Under the pieces are notes generated by a model. That model was not told the DNA's origin. It did not search any database and was given only the letters and a program-made list of their open reading frames with translations. From a virus (lineage: Duplodnaviria; Caudoviricetes): a DNA stretch of 64,000 nt. Position numbers and translations under genes: made by a program. Position 1 is the stretch's first letter, and each line of letters opens with the position of its first letter. Shown here piece after piece: positions 58,766 through 64,000 of the stretch. The stretch covers positions 105,638-169,637 of IMG/VR virus record IMGVR_UViG_3300026549_000037; one strand, written 5' to 3'.

Positions 58766-59040
58766 TTGACAAATGCACTTTTATGTGTTACAATACCTAC
58801 AGAGTCAAGAGACCCGTAATCTCTTAACTCTGTAGGATATTGTTTTAGGCTTCCTTATAGCTCAAGGAAACCAGTTAAAACGATTACATAATAGTAAACG
58901 TTAAAACGGTAGTTGATAGATTTAATTTTCTACATGGCTTTCATCTCCTTTCTGCCTTAGACAAGGGTTTCATATATTTGAACAGCTTACGGGGCTGGAA
59001 TTTTAGATGGGAACAGGATTTTACTCCTGTTCCTTTTCTT
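58766..59040 (+). ncRNA. Cassette 5 antisense RNA unit
   Basis: TTGACA 58766 / TACAAT 58789; loops CCCGUAA x UUACGGG; terminator 59009-59040. Confidence 0.8.
58855..58935 (-). CDS. Cassette 5 micro-peptide with TAG at codon 2: M*KIKSINYRFNVYYYVIVLTGFLEL
   Basis: GAAAGGAGA RBS; homologous to cassette 6. Confidence 0.7.
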
Positions 59041-59851
59041 TCTCTTCAAAGGGCTTAAGAGGAACACGATTTCGAGTAGTGTATTTTCCTTCGTCATCCA
59101 TCAGAAAATCGTTTTCACAGGAATCACAGAAGAATTTGGTTTCATTCCTGAAATTGTCAACTTCCTCAACCCAATAGTTCCCACAGTAAGGACAGCGAGG
59201 CTCAATATACTGTCCGAATTTAATATCCTCCTGATATTCCTCAGAACGAAGTTCAGACCAAACCTTGACAGAAAATTCCTTAGGATTATCAGGATTGAGC
59301 TCAGCCATGCAAATATCCTGTTCGACTGTCTGTCCATCACGGACAAACGTAATAAACGCTCCATGATACCCTTCTTCCATTTCAGGATAAATCCTGAACT
59401 GACCATTAGGCGTGTCGATAGATGCGTAAGGGACGCTGTTCTTAGTCGCAGAATGCATCATCATCTCATTGAACACTTTATTGTTTTTGTTGATAGGCAT
59501 TTCTGTTTCCTCCTCAATTTTGACATTGACAATATATTCATTCTTAGTATCAGGGGCAACCATTTCCCAATGACCGAGGATAGAATCATAAACTGCTCCA
59601 GAACAGTTTATTTCATGTAAACCTCCGTTTTCATCAGGAGTCCAAAGAACAGACTCACACCAAGAGGGAGCATCCTGAGAACCACAGCAACGAATATCCA
59701 TTACCGTTCCATCAGAAAATCTAACGGTAAGGGTGAATGGAGTTTTATTTTCTGAGAACCAATCTTCGGGATAGCTTAAAGAACACGCCTTATTAATTTT
59801 GGCGGCAATATCCTTGCTGATAAAGATGTCTTTTTCATAAAAATGCTTCAT
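59021..59851 (-). CDS. hypothetical multi-domain protein with C-terminal Zn ribbon
   Basis: AGGAGG RBS; internal GAGGAGG..ATG near 59500; CPYC..CDSC. Confidence 0.7.
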   Translation of the reverse strand: MKHFYEKDIFISKDIAAKINKACSLSYPEDWFSENKTPFTLTVRFSDGTVMDIRCCGSQDAPSWCESVLWTPDENGGLHEINCSGAVYDSILGHWEMVAPDTKNEYIVNVKIEEETEMPINKNNKVFNEMMMHSATKNSVPYASIDTPNGQFRIYPEMEEGYHGAFITFVRDGQTVEQDICMAELNPDNPKEFSVKVWSELRSEEYQEDIKFGQYIEPRCPYCGNYWVEEVDNFRNETKFFCDSCENDFLMDDEGKYTTRNRVPLKPFEEKEKEQE

Positions 59852-59898
59852 TTTACTTATCCTCCTTAAAGTTATTTTTTATTTTTTGGTTTTTGGTT

Positions 59899-60096
59899 TT
59901 AATACATATAATACTCATCGTCATGATGAAGATATTTCTCAGTCAAATCCTTTAAAGGTTGACTGATTTTTGCGGGTTTCTCTTTAAGGCGTGAATCCTT
60001 AAAGGCTCGATTTGTGTAGTATCGGAACTTGCCATGTCCCTTTACCATTTTATTATGTTTTTGAGCTTGTAGGATTTCATGTTCGTTCATGCCCAT
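59899..60096 (-). CDS. hypothetical protein
   Basis: AGGAGGTG RBS. Confidence 0.6.
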   Translation of the reverse strand: MGMNEHEILQAQKHNKMVKGHGKFRYYTNRAFKDSRLKEKPAKISQPLKDLTEKYLHHDDEYYMY

Positions 60097-60125
60097 ATTA
60101 TTTCACCTCCTTTTGCTGTAATTTA

Positions 60126-60380
60126 TTAGTTCTTCTTAAGGCGAGGGGTAATGGCAACACCATTTTCGGTGCTAACAACGATATACTCAACTCCATTATC
60201 TTTGTCCGTAAGAATATTAGCAGAAATAGTGGCTTTCTCCGCAACGGTCTTTTCAACAAACGGAGACCAACAAAAGCTGGAATATCCCGCTGAAACAGAG
60301 CTAATAAACAAGGTGATAAGAACGATAATGCAAATGATAAAGGTGACGATGTTCTTCTTCATAGTGTTCATGGTTTTCAT
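60126..60380 (-). CDS. membrane-anchored DUF6440-like protein
   Basis: TM then ILTDKDNGVEYI...GVAITPR. Confidence 0.65.
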   Translation of the reverse strand: MKTMNTMKKNIVTFIICIIVLITLFISSVSAGYSSFCWSPFVEKTVAEKATISANILTDKDNGVEYIVVSTENGVAITPRLKKN

Positions 60381-60434
60381 TTTTCTTTTTCCTTTCCTTT
60401 TCTTTTTATCCTATTTAATTTCAATTACTGATTA

Positions 60435-61274
60435 TTAACAGTCTCCAATTGCTACGGCATAATAGAAATCATACATCTTTTGACGTGAGTTAACATCTAA
60501 CTCATCCCAAGATTCAACTTCCTCGCCTGATGCACTCATGTCTTCTTCATACCACTTCCTTGCTGTATATTCTGGGAATCCTGCTTTTGTAATAATGTGT
60601 TCTGATTCTACACCTTCTTCCTTTGTGCTTGTAGTAATTGAGGAGATTTGATATGGTTGATACGGAATGTTAATGTAATCATTATATAAACTGCCATATC
60701 CATATCTACCATACCCATATCCACCATAACCCCCATATCTATAACCGTAATTTGCCATATGGTATGTTTCTTTTAAGTGGGGCTTATTTAAGAATGTCGC
60801 AATACTTTCGACTTGTTCATTGCATTCAATAGCAGATTTACAGTATTTATTGCGAACAGTTCTTATTGGGTCATCATAGCCCATCTTACCTAAGACACAA
60901 GCGGCAATATATCCTGTTCTACCATGTCCGCCAAGACAGAAGATTGCAACTTTCTTTGTCTTAATACGAGAAATAATGTCCGTCACACAACGCTTAAGAA
61001 TAGATTGAGGTAAAACCCCATAATCTTCAATGGGATAATATAGAACTTCGCCGCAAAAACCTGTATTCCAAATCTCCCCACCAAGTTCTGCTAAAGGAAC
61101 AAGAACATCAATTTTCTTTTCTTTTACGAGGTCTTTCACTTGACGCTCTTTGCAAAGATAAAGATTTGGAATGATTTCTGTAGGCTTGTGACAGGCAGTG
61201 GAAGCCCAAATGTTTTTGGCTTCTAAGACATTGTTTGTCTTGTTTTTATTTTTCTTTTTGTTGCGCTTACTCAT
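60435..61274 (-). CDS. Protein-tyrosine/dual-specificity phosphatase
   Basis: PIEDY; FCLGGHGRTG (CX5R); AIE...Q. Confidence 0.88.
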   Translation of the reverse strand: MSKRNKKKNKNKTNNVLEAKNIWASTACHKPTEIIPNLYLCKERQVKDLVKEKKIDVLVPLAELGGEIWNTGFCGEVLYYPIEDYGVLPQSILKRCVTDIISRIKTKKVAIFCLGGHGRTGYIAACVLGKMGYDDPIRTVRNKYCKSAIECNEQVESIATFLNKPHLKETYHMANYGYRYGGYGGYGYGRYGYGSLYNDYINIPYQPYQISSITTSTKEEGVESEHIITKAGFPEYTARKWYEEDMSASGEEVESWDELDVNSRQKMYDFYYAVAIGDC

Positions 61275-62268
61275 TAGAACTTAACCCCCTTCTATCAAAA
61301 CGACTTTTATCATTTTTTCTCCTTCTCCGTTTTCTGTTTTCTTTATCTTCGTCTTCAAAGTCTTCTGGATGAACCTCTCTATAATATCCATCCTTTTTAT
61401 CTATATCAGACGGATAGATTCTGCTTGTTCCCCATTTAACGGGAATATAGTTCATAATGTTGTCGGTAGTTTCTTCTTTCTGCTCTGAAACAGCGCTATA
61501 ATAGCCACCATAACACTCAGAAAGTAGATAAATATTTTCTTTGTCTGTTAAGGGAGAAATTATGCCGAGATTTAAAGCTCTTTTGTAAAAGGCTTTAATC
61601 TCATAAGTACAATTGTCTTGGCAAACATCCCATACTGCAAATGGTGGTTGATTTTTCTTGAATTCAAGAAAATTCAGCACAGCCGTATTTGAAGAACCCA
61701 AGAAAAATATCCTATTTCTCTTGTTGTAGAAAATACCGTTATTGTGGCTCAAATCAACCATATGGTCGATAAAAACCGAATCGGGAACTTTCTTATATAA
61801 TAAAGCACCATCTGCAATGGCTTGCCATGCATAGCCGCCATAAGCACAGTTCCAATCCTTATTATAACTAAAAAGCTTGGAACAGGTAATCAAAGCATTT
61901 GTTGGCTCAAGATGCGGACAGTTCCATAAACTGTTTCGTTCATTTAATGCGGGTGTGAGATAACGAATTTCATAATTGCACTTTTCGGGCGCGTGACGTG
62001 CTTCACCCAAGCAAAGTGCAACGGCATAGTCATAAAACATTACTGCAAATTGAGCATCGAATTTGGTTTTAAATTCTTCAAATTCTTCAACCCACTTATC
62101 ATGTCCATGATTAAATGGAATCGGTTTGGCCATGACACTTAAAGCTTCGAGGGCATAAAACTCTCTGATACCTTGATACACAGGAACGATAATGTTGCTG
62201 GGACAAATTTCTCCATCGCCCCAATTTGGGAATCTTTTAGGATTTTGTTTGAATAAATCATCGTACAT
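61267..62268 (-). CDS. hypothetical protein (GEARH, YGG.AW, DH.VDL.HNNG motifs)
   Basis: 333-aa ORF, AGGAGG RBS. Confidence 0.7.
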   Translation of the reverse strand: MYDDLFKQNPKRFPNWGDGEICPSNIIVPVYQGIREFYALEALSVMAKPIPFNHGHDKWVEEFEEFKTKFDAQFAVMFYDYAVALCLGEARHAPEKCNYEIRYLTPALNERNSLWNCPHLEPTNALITCSKLFSYNKDWNCAYGGYAWQAIADGALLYKKVPDSVFIDHMVDLSHNNGIFYNKRNRIFFLGSSNTAVLNFLEFKKNQPPFAVWDVCQDNCTYEIKAFYKRALNLGIISPLTDKENIYLLSECYGGYYSAVSEQKEETTDNIMNYIPVKWGTSRIYPSDIDKKDGYYREVHPEDFEDEDKENRKRRRRKNDKSRFDRRGLSSNE

Positions 62269-62324
62269 TTTACTTAGCCTCCTTTAAAATAAAGTTGAAA
62301 TATTTATTTAAAAATGTAAAGAGT

Positions 62325-62636
62325 TTAATAATGGTATCTGCCCCCTTGGGGATTATCCTCCTTCCTCTTGTAATTAAACACCTTGCTAATATTGTAAGCC
62401 CAAATATTATTCAGGCTTGCATCAACACAAGGTTGCACATGAATTGGAAAATGAATTGAAGCGCAATACTCTTCAATCCTTTTGAGTTGGAATTTTCGGA
62501 ACACTGTGATGGTTTCACCCTTGAGCAGAGCTCTGATGTCAGCTTGTTCAAGAGTGTCAATCAGCAGGTTTAGTTTGTTGTTGCTATCTATGTTATTGAT
62601 AGCTTCATTTAGGTAACGTTCCTGCATCGTAAGCAT
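62325..62636 (-). CDS. hypothetical protein
   Basis: AGGAGG RBS. Confidence 0.6.
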   Translation of the reverse strand: MLTMQERYLNEAINNIDSNNKLNLLIDTLEQADIRALLKGETITVFRKFQLKRIEEYCASIHFPIHVQPCVDASLNNIWAYNISKVFNYKRKEDNPQGGRYHY

Positions 62637-62637
62637 T

Positions 62638-63093
62638 TTACTTAGCCTCCTTTTCACGATTTACAGCAGCTTTTCTTAATTCATCCTGAGAATCATAATA
62701 CTGCTCAAAGGCATCACAGCCTTCCCAAGAGATTTCAGATTGAAGCTTTACAAGCTTTTCCGTGGCTTCTGCCAACGCTCTCTGAGCCTCTTCGAGAGCA
62801 GACTTCTGTAATGCAATATAGGAATCCATTGCAATATTCTTTGCCATAAGAATGGCGGTGAATTCATCTTTGAAAAACCCTTCATAGTGCTGAGGCATAA
62901 TATGAGTTTTCATTTCATTGAAAGTGCTCATACTGATAAACCGTTCTCTCAATTCGTGTGATGCCAGAAAATATACAGGATTTTCATTGGTATTTTGAAT
63001 ATTCTGAATTTTATACACACACAGAACATTCATTGTAGTAGGTTGACGATATGTTAAGATATATTCATATCCGTCCAAAGTAATATTTTTCAT
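62638..63093 (-). CDS. hypothetical protein
   Basis: AGGAGG RBS. Confidence 0.65.
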   Translation of the reverse strand: MKNITLDGYEYILTYRQPTTMNVLCVYKIQNIQNTNENPVYFLASHELRERFISMSTFNEMKTHIMPQHYEGFFKDEFTAILMAKNIAMDSYIALQKSALEEAQRALAEATEKLVKLQSEISWEGCDAFEQYYDSQDELRKAAVNREKEAK

Positions 63094-63118
63094 TTGCTTT
63101 TATCCTCCTAAATTTTAA

Positions 63119-63328
63119 TTAGAAATAATACTTAAAGTAACAGTCGATGGGTTTGACTGTCACTTTAGCCGATGAGCTCAAACCCATCTTGGTTGTTTTG
63201 ACAACATATCCAAAACGGGCATAAGCGTCCTTCTCACTTCTGGCTACCACGTCGCCCTCGTATAGCTTGGATTGTCCTCCAAGCTGTGCAACGTAGGCTT
63301 TGACGTGGTATTTACTACGTAATTTCAT
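63119..63328 (-). CDS. hypothetical protein
   Basis: AGGAGGTG RBS. Confidence 0.6.
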   Translation of the reverse strand: MKLRSKYHVKAYVAQLGGQSKLYEGDVVARSEKDAYARFGYVVKTTKMGLSSSAKVTVKPIDCYFKYYF

Positions 63329-63342
63329 TAATTCACCTCCTT

Positions 63343-63663
63343 TTATTCTGCGGTAATGACCCACTCTTCGCCATTACCATCAACAATATGAACAACTTCA
63401 TCGTTGATAGTAACAGATTCGAGATTGCTCATCCATGCTTCCACAATCTCTACATGAGAAGCCATAGCTGACTCTTCAGCGTCAGACAATCCTGTTTCAT
63501 ATCCTACTTGGAAAGACCCTGTAAGGTCTTCACGACTATAAAGAGTATCATCTTTAATCTGATAGGATTTCTCTCCCATGTCCCATCCAAGATAGAACAT
63601 AAAGATAGAGCAGATAGCGGCGATGAGCGCTGCGACCAAAATAATGTTTTCCTTAATTTTCAT
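63343..63663 (-). CDS. membrane-anchored protein
   Basis: GGAGG RBS; N-terminal TM. Confidence 0.65.
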   Translation of the reverse strand: MKIKENIILVAALIAAICSIFMFYLGWDMGEKSYQIKDDTLYSREDLTGSFQVGYETGLSDAEESAMASHVEIVEAWMSNLESVTINDEVVHIVDGNGEEWVITAE

Positions 63664-63697
63664 TTTTCTATTCCTCCAAATATTTTATAAATTTTAC

Positions 63698-64000
63698 TTG
63701 ACAAACGCTAAATACTATGGTATAATTCTCTCAAGAAGTGAGGAATCCCGTATTATTTTCTCACTCCTTGAGGCTATTGGTTGATACTATCAGAACTTTA
63801 AGTTGCGACCTTAAAGCTCAATTACGCCACCAACATAAATGGCGTAGACTACAATGCTGAATCTGTAATCAACCTACTTTGTGAGTGTCATATATGATTC
63901 ACTTCCTTTCTTCCTCTAACTGAGGGATTGTCCATCTATACGGGCTGGACTTATAGGAAAAGATTGAACGACTCGTTGTGGGAGTCGTTCTTTCTTTTTT
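63698..64000 (+). ncRNA. Cassette 6 antisense RNA unit
   Basis: TTGACA 63698 / TATAAT 63721; loops CCCGUAU x AUACGGG; terminator 63966-64000. Confidence 0.8.
63811..63891 (-). CDS. Cassette 6 micro-peptide with TAG at codon 6: MTLTK*VDYRFSIVVYAIYVGGVIEL
   Basis: GAAAGGAAG RBS; homologous to cassette 5. Confidence 0.7.

Noticed and set aside
1-64000. Blanket TAG-to-Gln recoding of all genes in this window
   Set aside because: Long genes are intact under code 11 with no internal TAG, and at least one TAG (31108) looks like a real stop. Only conditional or regional use can be argued from this window.
1-64000. tRNA genes, including an amber suppressor
   Set aside because: No cloverleaf with T-loop GTTCRA and an acceptor stem was recognised by eye; the cassette RNAs are not tRNA-like. 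tRNAscan-SE is still needed.
43648-64000. Cassettes as IS/MITE elements or retron/DGR templates
   Set aside because: No terminal inverted repeats, target-site duplications, transposase or reverse transcriptase in the window, and the copies are too divergent in sequence.

Overview
AT-rich segment of a large dsDNA phage, most likely infecting a gut Bacillota/Clostridia host. This is inferred from near-consensus sigma-A TTGACA-17-TATAAT promoters, strong GGAGG ribosome-binding sites, and the absence of bacterial housekeeping genes. About 115 mostly small accessory genes form two convergent arms: + strand 1-40.3 kb and - strand 40.9-64 kb. Recognisable products include a PG-binding/NAGPA-like enzyme, HNH nucleases, a Zn deaminase, a DUF2828/vWA protein, a macro domain, a radical SAM enzyme with three FETNSSS-motif proteins, HAD and cREC receiver domains, YodL, YopX, Gp88-like, a methyltransferase, SprT, DUF932, PcfJ and a CX5R phosphatase. 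An iteron-like array sits before an HTH protein. Main discovery: six dispersed ~240-300 bp cassettes in the - arm (43.6, 44.9, 48.3, 49.1, 58.8 and 63.7 kb). Each has a strong + strand promoter and terminator that would make a structured antisense RNA, most with a covarying loop-loop pairing. Each RNA fully overlaps a - strand 16-26 codon ORF with a strong RBS. Five of the six peptides are homologous, three of them with clear synonymous divergence, and all six ORFs carry exactly one in-frame TAG. TAG is almost never used as a stop elsewhere in the window. This suggests an amber-gated, antisense-controlled micro-peptide system (Ibs/Sib-like architecture), or disarmed type I TA loci kept as antitoxin decoys. 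All calls are from manual reading; no searches were run.
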